Assembly: GCA_964636375.1 (NCBI GenBank)
Contig: CAZWRT010000002.1
Span: forward strand, 11,528-75,527
DNA from: an uncultured Lachnobacterium sp.
GTDB taxonomy: Bacteria; Bacillota; Clostridia; Lachnospirales; Lachnospiraceae
Direction: 5' to 3'
Length of the DNA: 64,000 nt
Both the position numbers and the translations under genes were made by a program. The notes below the pieces were generated by a model. It saw only the letters and a program-made list of their open reading frames with translations, ran no database searches and had not been told where the DNA came from. Shown here piece after piece: positions 38,485-47,596 of the stretch; within the stretch, counting starts at the first letter, position 1, and the number at the start of each line of letters is the position of its first letter.

Positions 38485-39247
38485 AAAATTTGAAAATACA
38501 GATAAGGAGAGTCTTCTGGACATCTCCCTCTCCGTGGAGGCGGGAGAATTCATCTGTATCGTCGGTCCCTCCGGCTGCGGCAAATCCACGATCCTCAATC
38601 TGGTAGCGGGCCTGCTTCTCCCCACCTCCGGCGAAATCCTTCTGGACGGACAGCGGGTGGAAAAACCGGGAGCAGAACGGGTCATGATGTTCCAGGAGGC
38701 CGCTCTGTATCCCTGGCTGAATGTCATGGAAAATGTAATGTTCGGCCTGGAGGCCGCCGGACATTCCAAAGCCGGGCAAAGAGAGCTGGCGGAAAAATAT
38801 CTGCGCATGGTCCAGCTCTGGAAATACAGAGAATACCCGATCCACCAGATTTCCGGCGGAATGAAACAGCGCACGGCATTAGCCCGCGCTCTGGCGATGG
38901 ACAGTAAGCTGCTCCTTATGGACGAGCCCTTCTCCGCTCTGGATAAACAGACAATCAATGTACTCAGGGAGGAACTGGAAGATATCTGGGAGAAGACCCG
39001 CAAGACCATCCTTTACGTGACCCACAGTGTCGAGGAGGCAATCTACTTCGCAGACCGCGTCGTAGTCATGTCGGAGAATCCCGGACAGATCCGCGAGATT
39101 ATTCCGATCACCTTAAAACGCCCCCGCCACGTGGAAAACGCAGAGTTTATGTCCCTCCGGCAGCAGATCCTTCAGAGCGTAAGGGCAGGAGTCCGAAAAA
39201 GTATGCAGGAGGAATTCGATACGGCGTTACAGGAGGGAAAATCATGA
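38456..39247 (+). CDS. SsuB/TauB-like ABC ATP-binding protein
   Basis: GPSGCGKST, ISGGMKQR, MDEPFSALD, VTHSVEEA. Confidence 0.92.
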   Translation: MYLQLNSINKKFENTDKESLLDISLSVEAGEFICIVGPSGCGKSTILNLVAGLLLPTSGEILLDGQRVEKPGAERVMMFQEAALYPWLNVMENVMFGLEAAGHSKAGQRELAEKYLRMVQLWKYREYPIHQISGGMKQRTALARALAMDSKLLLMDEPFSALDKQTINVLREELEDIWEKTRKTILYVTHSVEEAIYFADRVVVMSENPGQIREIIPITLKRPRHVENAEFMSLRQQILQSVRAGVRKSMQEEFDTALQEGKS

Positions 39248-40017
39248 AAACACGTAAAATTATCAGCAGCATCCTGTTTATTGTGGGATTAATTCTTTTC
39301 TGGCAGCTTCTCTACATTGCCGGAACCGACTGGTTTCATCTGGTGAAACCGTACGCTGTCCCCCACCCTCTGGGCGTGTGGGAAAGCCTGTGGCGGCTGA
39401 CCCTTGACGGGACTCTGTTCGCCGCCGTCTGCCGCAGCCTGCTGCGCGCACTCTTCGGGTTTGCAATTGCGATTGTGATCGGAACAATTTTTGGTATAAT
39501 GATACTGAACTCCGAGTATCTGTGCCGAAACTTAAAACCCCTGATCCTCGGCGTACAGACACTTCCCAGCATCTGCTGGGTCCCCTTCGCCATTCTCTGG
39601 TTCGGTCTAAAGGACAGCGCCATCATCTTCGTAGTGGTCATAGGCTCCGCCTTCTCCATCTCACTTGCAGTGGAGAGCGGTGTCAAAAATATCCCGCCGA
39701 TTTATGTCAAAGCGGCCAGAACTATGGGCGTGAACGGCTTAACTTTGTACCGTAAGGTGATTTACCCGGCGGCGCTGCCCGCCTTTGTCAGCGGCCTGAA
39801 ACAGGGCTGGTCCTTCGCGTGGCGCGCGCTGATGTCCGGCGAGGTCATGTCTGCCTCCATCGGTCTGGGCTACACGCTGATGCTGGGCCGGGATCTCGCA
39901 GACATTAATCAGGTGATGACAATCATGCTGGTGATCATCCTGCTCGGAATCTTAATGGACAAGGGGATATTCTCGCTGATCGAGAATCGAATTTTAAAGA
40001 AACGCGGGTTTATTTGA
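39244..40017 (+). CDS. SsuC/TauC-like ABC permease
   Basis: QTLPSICWVP, EAA-like loop KAARTMG, AWRALMSGE. Confidence 0.9.
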   Translation: MKTRKIISSILFIVGLILFWQLLYIAGTDWFHLVKPYAVPHPLGVWESLWRLTLDGTLFAAVCRSLLRALFGFAIAIVIGTIFGIMILNSEYLCRNLKPLILGVQTLPSICWVPFAILWFGLKDSAIIFVVVIGSAFSISLAVESGVKNIPPIYVKAARTMGVNGLTLYRKVIYPAALPAFVSGLKQGWSFAWRALMSGEVMSASIGLGYTLMLGRDLADINQVMTIMLVIILLGILMDKGIFSLIENRILKKRGFI

Positions 40018-41266
40018 CCGGTTTCTTTGTCACCTTCCCGACGACCGTTTTAAACGGATGCTTCAGCTTTTCTTTTAACTGTTTCTGCTGCTCATCCAGC
40101 TTGTTCGTCTGTGCCTCCAGTTTCTGAAGCTGTTGCTCCAGATTCTGAATCTGTTTTTTCAGCTTCGGAATCTGCCCCTTGAGCTCCCGTATCTCTTTCT
40201 CCTTATGTTTGTTGCTGTTTTCGAGTGCCGTCACTTTGCGCAGAAGCTTCCGGTCGGATATCGCCATAAAACGAATGATATCCTCATACAGGTAGGGATT
40301 GTCCGGGTCCCACTTGGGCAAATTCGAGTATTTGTCCGAGAACAGCGGCCTGCCGTCCTTTATATATTCCTCGACGACCTTGCAGTTGCTCTCCTCAAAT
40401 CTCTGTACATATGCCCGCGCCTCCTCCTCCGAAAACATCGTGCTCGGATACTGTTCTCCCGCCACCTTCGTATCCATCAAAGCCACTGAACGGAAATAAT
40501 GGTTGTCCGCCCATGACAGTGCTGGAATGGTGTTGATGACGCGCTTGACCTCGATCGCATTGCTTTTCAGCCTGGCGTTCAAGTTTTCTTTCTCCTCCGG
40601 AAGAACAAACTCCTCCGACCAGCCCAGACCGATCACATTCATGAAATCATGCTGAATACTTCCCTCCTCAAACTCACTTCTGGCAAATCTCCGCACGATA
40701 ATATTTTCTTTTCCCAGCTCCCCGGCGATGATTGACAGGCAGCTGTAGTAATCCGGCATACTGTCCTCTGCGGCATCAGCCAGAAATTCTTCCCATTTCA
40801 TCGTGTTGTACTTGATGAGGTCAATCTTTACCCGCTGATTCCACCAGGACTCTACAAATTCATCCTGCCGTCGCAGATACACGACAATTTTGACCGTGTA
40901 GCCGCCCTTTTCGGCCTCCTCGCGAATCCTTTTCCAGACATCACTTTTCCTTCGGAAACCGGTCATCCAGACTGCCTCGTCGGAGAGAAACACGTTATCA
41001 AACGTCTCAAATGCCTCGCGAACCATGTCAAAGCCCGCCTGCATGCGCCGGTCTTCCTCCTCCAGATCTCGTTTTCCCTTCTCATCATACACGACGCCGT
41101 TTAAAAACAGCGCATTCCGATCCGGCCGCTTTCCAAAATAGCTAAACGGCAGAATCGGGTAACAGTACCCGAATTTTTCAAATATTTCGCGGTTTGAGTA
41201 ACAGAAATTCTGAAGGGATGTCGTACCGGTCTTCGGCGTTCCGATATGCAGATATAATGTTTTCAT
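40010..41266 (-). CDS. Putative PAPS-dependent sulfotransferase with C-terminal coiled coil
   Basis: 5'-PSB-like loop LHIGTPKTGTTSLQ; LSDE; 3'-PB-like VVYLRRQDEFVESWW; about 60-aa heptad repeat and basic tail. Confidence 0.75.
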   Translation of the reverse strand: MKTLYLHIGTPKTGTTSLQNFCYSNREIFEKFGYCYPILPFSYFGKRPDRNALFLNGVVYDEKGKRDLEEEDRRMQAGFDMVREAFETFDNVFLSDEAVWMTGFRRKSDVWKRIREEAEKGGYTVKIVVYLRRQDEFVESWWNQRVKIDLIKYNTMKWEEFLADAAEDSMPDYYSCLSIIAGELGKENIIVRRFARSEFEEGSIQHDFMNVIGLGWSEEFVLPEEKENLNARLKSNAIEVKRVINTIPALSWADNHYFRSVALMDTKVAGEQYPSTMFSEEEARAYVQRFEESNCKVVEEYIKDGRPLFSDKYSNLPKWDPDNPYLYEDIIRFMAISDRKLLRKVTALENSNKHKEKEIRELKGQIPKLKKQIQNLEQQLQKLEAQTNKLDEQQKQLKEKLKHPFKTVVGKVTKKPVK

Positions 41267-43239
41267 GCTTCTTCTCCTTTTTTCACATACAGTTTCCCCA
41301 GCTTATTGTTCATAAACTGATTATTCTTTCGTTTCACACTGATCTCTGTATTTGTGATAGAAATTCCGTAGCCTTTCGTTTCTGTTATGACATTTCCCTT
41401 GATCTCGGTTGCGATTCCGGTGCTCGTCACAGCAATTCCGTGACCTTTTTCCGTCCTGCAGTTCGAGATAAGGTTTTTCTGTATGCAGTCGGCCGCTCCC
41501 GAGGATGTAAGATAGATTCCCGCGCCGGTTCCTCCCGAAATTATATTTTTCGTTATGTTTTTCACATAGGCAGAATTTGAGATCCTGATGCCTTCCTGCC
41601 GATAGCCCTGTATCGTATTTTCGTAGATTTTTTTTACCGTCGCGTCCAGCGTGACCGACACGCCGTAACGGCATCCCCCAAATATGATATTGTGATCTAC
41701 CTCCTCAATCCGCGCCTCCTTCTGCGCCAGTATTCCATCCCCCTGCAAGGCCATGATCCGGTTGTAAGACACACTCTGCACCCAGCTGCTGCTTGTCACC
41801 ACAACGCCGTTGCCGACTGCATCATTCAGGATGACATTGGGATACTCTTCGGTTCCGATCACATCCACATAACTTCCGCTGGCGACCTGAATTCCACCCG
41901 ATTTTGACAGAATGGCATTGCCGACAATCTGACTTGCCTCGGCTCCATCCCCAAAGGCGATTCCCATTCCCTTATAGGCGACAATCGTGTTTCCAGCCGC
42001 ATCAGCTTTTGTTCCGATATCATCCACCCGGCTGCCTGCACCTGTTACGCGGACTCCGTCAGCATGAGTGGAAATCACCTCGTTGGCAGTAATCTCCGTC
42101 AGCATACTGCCGGCAGACACCAGAATTCCATACTTTCCGCTCCCCGTGACCGATATCCGGTTGCCCGTGATCACACCGCCGGACAGGGGCTGCTTTTCAA
42201 AGTCGTACCCCTGATCCACAAGGTAGCTGTTTGCCACCGTACAGTTAATCCCGTTCCCCGGCAGCGGCTGTCCCTCAGCCCCGATCACATTGCCGCTCAC
42301 GATGACGTCTGATCCCCCGCTCACAAGAATCCCGTGCGTGTAATTGCCCGAAATCATGTTGTTCTCGATCACACAGCCATCAAACCCATAGCACCAGATC
42401 GCAGGAGCCGACGCGGGCTTCTGATTCAGGAACATATTATTGGAAATCCGAATATTCTGGCTGTGCTCCCCGTCATAGAGCGCGTGATGGTTGCCCACTC
42501 CCGACGGATAATTCTTAAAGGTACAATCGTCCACGGTGATATTTCTGCACGCGGTCCCATCCGGCGTGTACACACCGTTCCAGCTGTCGCCCGTACCGTT
42601 ATAGCTGATATCCAGCTGGATCGCCTCGCTCTCCGACTGGTCTCCCGTAAATCCGTCGAAGGAACAGCCGCTGATCATCACATCCATACAGCCGCAAAGC
42701 TCAATCAGATGTCCACCACGGCAGTTTTTCAAATTGAGCTTTTCAAAGGTGATATTTCTCGCATGTCCGATATTGATCAGATTCGCGTTAACCTCCTCGC
42801 CCCCGCTTCCATCCAGCGTCCCGTTTTTTACGGTAATATCATGGCACAGGTCATAGCCGCCTGCCTTCCGCTCTCCATCCAGACCGTAGCCCTGAATAAA
42901 GTTGTTCATCATACCGGCGCGGATCAGCGTGGAGCCGTTCAAATCCAGCGTCACATTCGACCGCAGATGAATGGCACGGCCTCCGTCGTCGGCACCCACG
43001 TAATAGGTTCCCGGCACAGTGATCTGTAAGACCAGCTTCGTATCCTCCGAGGCGAGCGCACACATCTCATTGATGTAATCCAGATTGTAGGTACTGTTCT
43101 CTTCCCCTTCGAGCAGTGCCAGCGGCATGCAGGACTCCGAACCGGGGTCCGCCGACACCCGCCAGGTCCCGCAGAGACCTAACAAAACTACAAGTCCTAT
43201 CCCTATCAGTGTTTTGACAATATACAATCTATCCCGCAT
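41263..43239 (-). CDS. Exported right-handed parallel beta-helix (pectin lyase-fold) protein
   Basis: N-terminal signal/TM; VPGTY, SNVTLDLNG, repeated I.GN.I / GI.V PbH1-type motifs; AGGAG RBS. Confidence 0.8.
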   Translation of the reverse strand: MRDRLYIVKTLIGIGLVVLLGLCGTWRVSADPGSESCMPLALLEGEENSTYNLDYINEMCALASEDTKLVLQITVPGTYYVGADDGGRAIHLRSNVTLDLNGSTLIRAGMMNNFIQGYGLDGERKAGGYDLCHDITVKNGTLDGSGGEEVNANLINIGHARNITFEKLNLKNCRGGHLIELCGCMDVMISGCSFDGFTGDQSESEAIQLDISYNGTGDSWNGVYTPDGTACRNITVDDCTFKNYPSGVGNHHALYDGEHSQNIRISNNMFLNQKPASAPAIWCYGFDGCVIENNMISGNYTHGILVSGGSDVIVSGNVIGAEGQPLPGNGINCTVANSYLVDQGYDFEKQPLSGGVITGNRISVTGSGKYGILVSAGSMLTEITANEVISTHADGVRVTGAGSRVDDIGTKADAAGNTIVAYKGMGIAFGDGAEASQIVGNAILSKSGGIQVASGSYVDVIGTEEYPNVILNDAVGNGVVVTSSSWVQSVSYNRIMALQGDGILAQKEARIEEVDHNIIFGGCRYGVSVTLDATVKKIYENTIQGYRQEGIRISNSAYVKNITKNIISGGTGAGIYLTSSGAADCIQKNLISNCRTEKGHGIAVTSTGIATEIKGNVITETKGYGISITNTEISVKRKNNQFMNNKLGKLYVKKGEEA

Positions 43240-43295
43240 CTTTCGTCTCCTTCTCATCTGTGTTGACATATCCCGGCAGCATGGACATCCCGTTT

Positions 43296-44330
43296 CTAAG
43301 CCATCCACTCTGACATTCTCAGATATGCGTCCGCAAGCCCGACCTTGGGCTCCCACCCGAGTGCCCGCATTTTGGAGGCATCCAGCCACATTTTCACCGG
43401 CGGCGCATAGCCAAGAGCTGCCAGATTCTCCGGTATCTCGATCTTAACCTTAATCTTTCCGCCGGCCAGCTCCCGCGCGACCATCTCCGCCATCTCCCGA
43501 ATGGTGGTATGGCTCTGCTCATTGGCGATATTGTACGCCTGTCCGGCTTCTCCCCGCAGGAGCAGAAGCAGTATCGCGGTCACCGCATCGGAGGAATAAA
43601 CGTAGTTGCCTTCCGACTCTCCGGTTGTGTGCAGTACAATATCCTCACCGGCTGTCGCGCTCCTTGCAAACTGCGCAAACACACGGTTTTCCGTGGGCAG
43701 AATTCCCGCTCCAAAGGTCTGCGCCAGCCGGGCACTGGTCACCCGCAGACCGTGCTGGGACGCATAGGCTGTGCACAGACATTCACACATGCGCTTCCCC
43801 TCCGGATAGCAGGATCTTGTGGATGCAAGGTCCACGTATCCCAGATCCTCCTCCTTTGTCTTCCCCTCCTGCTTCGGCTGTCCGTATACCTCCATAGAAG
43901 AGAGATATACCATGGCCTTCACGTTCTTGTCCACAGCAAAACGCAGGATTTTATCCGTGCCGTCCACAGCAGTCCGGATCGTCCCGACCGGGTCCTCCAC
44001 CATGAGCTTTGAGGTTGTCACCGCGGCCGCATGTACGATAAAATCACAGTCCTCCTGCATCTCAATCGGCTGCTTCGTCAAATCTCCGACAACATAATGG
44101 GGTCTGGGCCCGTCCGCAAACAGCTTATCCGCCTTTTCCACATCGCGCACCAGCGCATGGACTGTAAGCTCCAGCTCGTACTTTTCATTCGTGTAAAGCA
44201 AAGTCCGCACCAGCAGAGAACCGATCAGCCCCGTCGCCCCGGTGATCAGGAAACTGCTGCCGCGAAAGTCCTCCCACGGCAGGCCGCTCGCGCAGACCGC
44301 CTCCATATCCTCAATCAATACCTTTTTCAT
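43296..44330 (-). CDS. Extended SDR (NAD-dependent epimerase/reductase), probable CDP-ketose reductase for CDP-alditol synthesis
   Basis: ITGATGLIG, HAAA, SSMEVYG, YPEGK; beside an IspD-like gene. Confidence 0.82.
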   Translation of the reverse strand: MKKVLIEDMEAVCASGLPWEDFRGSSFLITGATGLIGSLLVRTLLYTNEKYELELTVHALVRDVEKADKLFADGPRPHYVVGDLTKQPIEMQEDCDFIVHAAAVTTSKLMVEDPVGTIRTAVDGTDKILRFAVDKNVKAMVYLSSMEVYGQPKQEGKTKEEDLGYVDLASTRSCYPEGKRMCECLCTAYASQHGLRVTSARLAQTFGAGILPTENRVFAQFARSATAGEDIVLHTTGESEGNYVYSSDAVTAILLLLLRGEAGQAYNIANEQSHTTIREMAEMVARELAGGKIKVKIEIPENLAALGYAPPVKMWLDASKMRALGWEPKVGLADAYLRMSEWMA

Positions 44331-44338
44331 AGCTCCCC

Positions 44339-45067
44339 CTACTCTTCCATGCCGTAAATCTGAGCATCCTCTTTTGCATTGAGGAGCGCACGCATGGTAT
44401 AGAAATCATCGGGTGTGGTGATCTTGATGTTCTCCTGCGGCCCGTCGATCAGATACAGTTTCTTCCCATAGTACTGCATCATCGAGCAGGAGTCGATAAA
44501 ATCCAGCTTTCCTGCCGCTATGGATTTTTCGTGGGCATCCAGCAGCTCGTCCAGGTAAAAGCTCTGCGGCGCGCGGGCAAGCCTGGTGTCCTCCCGGCTC
44601 GGAATCGCAGAGATCGCATTGTCCTTCGACACGACAAGAACCGTCTCTTTGACCGCAACGCTGGTGATCGCCGACCCATGCTCACGCACAGAGGCCAGAT
44701 TATCGTCGATAGTTCTTGCATTGATCAGCGGACGCACACCGTCGTGGACCAGCACGATCGACTTCTCCCCAGCCGCAATCTCCTCGGCTGCCTTCAGCCC
44801 GTGATAGATGGATTCCTGCCCACAGGAACCTCCCGGAACAATTTTTTTCACTTTCTTTAGATTGAACCGACTGACAAGCTCCTCCAGGTAATCGATCCAG
44901 TCCGCCAGACACGCCACCGCGATGGCGTCGATATCCGGATGCTTGTCAAAGATTTCCATCGTGTGAATAATGATAGGCTTTCCGTACACGTTAATAAACT
45001 GTTTCGGTTTAATCCGGGAATTCATCCGCCTCCCGACTCCACCGGCAAAAATTACTCCTATATTCAC
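44339..45067 (-). CDS. IspD/TarI family cytidylyltransferase
   Basis: FAGGVGRRM, PKQF, HDGVRP, APQSF, NIKITTPDD. Confidence 0.9.
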   Translation of the reverse strand: MNIGVIFAGGVGRRMNSRIKPKQFINVYGKPIIIHTMEIFDKHPDIDAIAVACLADWIDYLEELVSRFNLKKVKKIVPGGSCGQESIYHGLKAAEEIAAGEKSIVLVHDGVRPLINARTIDDNLASVREHGSAITSVAVKETVLVVSKDNAISAIPSREDTRLARAPQSFYLDELLDAHEKSIAAGKLDFIDSCSMMQYYGKKLYLIDGPQENIKITTPDDFYTMRALLNAKEDAQIYGMEE

Positions 45068-46386
45068 CTGTTCTGTCCTCCGTCCTGTTGCTTTGTGTGC
45101 TCGCAGATAAAGTCTACCACGCCCTCACAGGCATTTCCCTTTTCGTAACACCCCTTCCCCTCAAAGAAAGCGTCTAGGCGTTTCTGATAATCTCCGTCAT
45201 CAAACTCCATCACATTTTGGTTCAACGCATCGTCACTGTCCGCAATCGCAAACGGCGTTTCCGTCAGCGGATAGTAAAATCCGCGGTCATCGATGTACTG
45301 GCTGATATCCAGTGCATAAATAAATGCCGGCCGGCGGGTAAAGATGAAATCGAAAATCCAGCTGGAATAATCCGTGATTCCCACATCCACCGCCGCCATC
45401 AGCTCCTGCATATCCCGGTAGCCGCTCGCGTTGATGACGCCGTCCATCTCCTCAAACATATCCTTGAGCAGACGGTTCTTCGCATTGTGCATGTGCATGC
45501 GCACAATCACACGCCACTCCCCGCCGAATTTCTGCTCCATGGTCGCCTTCAGACGCGCACAGTCCATCCGGATGGAGCTGACATCCGACTTGTTGTCGCG
45601 GAAGGTCGGCGCGTACATCACGGTCTTAACCGCCGGATCCAGATCGTAATATTCATACACCCGCGCCTTCAGCTCCTGTAATTTTTTCGGGTCGAAAAAG
45701 ATATCATTGCGCGGATGTCCGACCTTTAAAAATTTCGCATGCGGCCAGAAGGACTCCGCAAACACATGCTCGTCAAACACACTGTCCGTCAGAAAATAGT
45801 CGATGGTCTTGTCCGCGCCCCTTGCAATCTTAATCCAGTGCTTGTTCCCGCCGAGCACCTTAATGCCGAGCGATCCGTGCCAGGTGTTAAGATAAATCTG
45901 TCCCTTCTTCTTGGGAACCTTGCGCCACACACAGTTGAGCGCATTGTCAATCCAGAAATGCGCGCTCCCGAGTGCGACAAAGCTGTCCATCGTGTCCCGC
46001 TCCACCAGCCGGATCTGTTTGGGAATCTCCAATTCCTCCCGTTTGCTGATGGTCGTCTTGTTGACGATGAAGATCAGCTCATAGTCCAGCCCTTTTTCCA
46101 TGATCTTTTCGGCAATATATTTTCCGTTGCAGGTGTAGCTGTTTTGAAACTGTCCAAACACGATCCGGTTTTCCTTGATGGGCAGGTGCCTCATAAATAT
46201 CGAGCGCACCATGACGCCCAGGCCCTCCTCGATATTTGCAAAAAAACGTCCGATGTAATAGCCGATCTTTTTTTTGCAGTTCGTGAGGAAATGCCCCTCC
46301 GCGAGTGCAGTGATCAGGATATCCTTTTTCCTCGTCTTCTCGATATAAAATTTCTGCGTCTGCGGATCATACTGTTCCTTTATCAT
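45064..46386 (-). CDS. TagF/TarL-family CDP-alditol:poly(alditol-phosphate) transferase (paralog 1)
   Basis: TWHG, GHPRND, YAPTFRD, ITDYSSWIFDF, RGFY. Confidence 0.9.
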   Translation of the reverse strand: MIKEQYDPQTQKFYIEKTRKKDILITALAEGHFLTNCKKKIGYYIGRFFANIEEGLGVMVRSIFMRHLPIKENRIVFGQFQNSYTCNGKYIAEKIMEKGLDYELIFIVNKTTISKREELEIPKQIRLVERDTMDSFVALGSAHFWIDNALNCVWRKVPKKKGQIYLNTWHGSLGIKVLGGNKHWIKIARGADKTIDYFLTDSVFDEHVFAESFWPHAKFLKVGHPRNDIFFDPKKLQELKARVYEYYDLDPAVKTVMYAPTFRDNKSDVSSIRMDCARLKATMEQKFGGEWRVIVRMHMHNAKNRLLKDMFEEMDGVINASGYRDMQELMAAVDVGITDYSSWIFDFIFTRRPAFIYALDISQYIDDRGFYYPLTETPFAIADSDDALNQNVMEFDDGDYQKRLDAFFEGKGCYEKGNACEGVVDFICEHTKQQDGGQNR

Positions 46387-46389
46387 GTC

Positions 46390-47583
46390 CTACTTCCTCT
46401 CAATTTCTTCGGTGTGGCTTACAATAAAATTCACGACCTGTTCACTTGCATTTCCGCTTTCATAACATCCCCGTGCCTGCAAAAACAATTCACACCGTTT
46501 CCTGTATTCTGCGCTGTCAAACTGACAAATATTTTCATACAGCCGCACGTCATCCTCCGCGACCGCAAACGGTGTCTCGCTCAGTGGATAGTAAAATCCT
46601 CTTTCATCTGCGTAGCAATCCTGATCCGCGGTATACAAAAATGCCGGTTTCCCGGTGAACACAAAATCAAAAATCCAACTGGAATAGTCGGTAATCCCAG
46701 CGTCCACCGCCGTCATCAGCTCCTGAATGTCCGGGTAATCGCTCACATCTGTGACATATTCACATTTGTCTCCCCCGCCGGCCTGCAGCCCATCGCCTAT
46801 ATCATGAAAATGGCAGCGCAGCAAAATCCTCCACACTCCGCCAAAGCGTTTTGAACACGCCCCGGCAAGCTTCCCAAAATCCGGATGGCGCACGTTTTGC
46901 CCATGCTCCCGGAAGGTTGGCGCATACAAAAGTGTATGTTCATTTTGGTCAATCTGATAGCGGAGATAAATCTGCTGCCGGATTTCTGCCCAGTTCTCCT
47001 TCTGAAACAGGATATCATTCCGGGGATGTCCCACCTTCAGATGCTTCACATCCGGCCAGAAGGACTCCGAAAAGACACGCTCATCAAACACACTGTCTGT
47101 AAGAAAATAATCGATCCTGCGGTTGCCGTACCGCGCAACAGCCCTCCAATGACGGCTGCCGTCCAGACGCTTGATGCCCAGCGATCCATGCCAGGTATTC
47201 AGATAAATCTGTCCGGGACGTTTCGGCACCCGTTTCCAGATACAGTTCAGCCCGTTGTCAATCCAGAAGGCAGCGGACGCCTGCACGCGAAAGTGCTCGT
47301 CGGAATACTGCTCTACAAGACGAATTTCTTTTGGAATATGGTACGCGTCACGGTTCTCGCAGACCTCGCGGCTCACACAGAAAAACAGCTCGTACGCCAG
47401 CTTGCGCTTTAAGATTTCTTCTGCAATGTACTTACAGTTGCAGGTATAAGCAGTCTGGTATGTCGCCAGAAAAATGCGGTTGGGTACAATCGGAACTCTC
47501 TTCAGACGAACCATCCGTCCGGCTGCGTCAAGCACTTCCCTTCCTGCACGTACCAGTTTTGATTGTATCTCTTTTTCCCTCAA
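46390..47583 (-). CDS. TagF/TarL-family CDP-alditol phosphotransferase (paralog 2)
   Basis: TWHG, GHPRND, YAPTFRE, ITDYSSWIFDF, RGFY; TTG start. Confidence 0.9.
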   Translation of the reverse strand: MREKEIQSKLVRAGREVLDAAGRMVRLKRVPIVPNRIFLATYQTAYTCNCKYIAEEILKRKLAYELFFCVSREVCENRDAYHIPKEIRLVEQYSDEHFRVQASAAFWIDNGLNCIWKRVPKRPGQIYLNTWHGSLGIKRLDGSRHWRAVARYGNRRIDYFLTDSVFDERVFSESFWPDVKHLKVGHPRNDILFQKENWAEIRQQIYLRYQIDQNEHTLLYAPTFREHGQNVRHPDFGKLAGACSKRFGGVWRILLRCHFHDIGDGLQAGGGDKCEYVTDVSDYPDIQELMTAVDAGITDYSSWIFDFVFTGKPAFLYTADQDCYADERGFYYPLSETPFAVAEDDVRLYENICQFDSAEYRKRCELFLQARGCYESGNASEQVVNFIVSHTEEIERK

Positions 47584-47596
47584 ATTACAATCCCTC

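Noticed and set aside
44339-45067. MEP-pathway ispD
   Set aside because: Embedded among TagF/LicD genes with an SDR partner and no ispF; better read as polymer precursor synthesis
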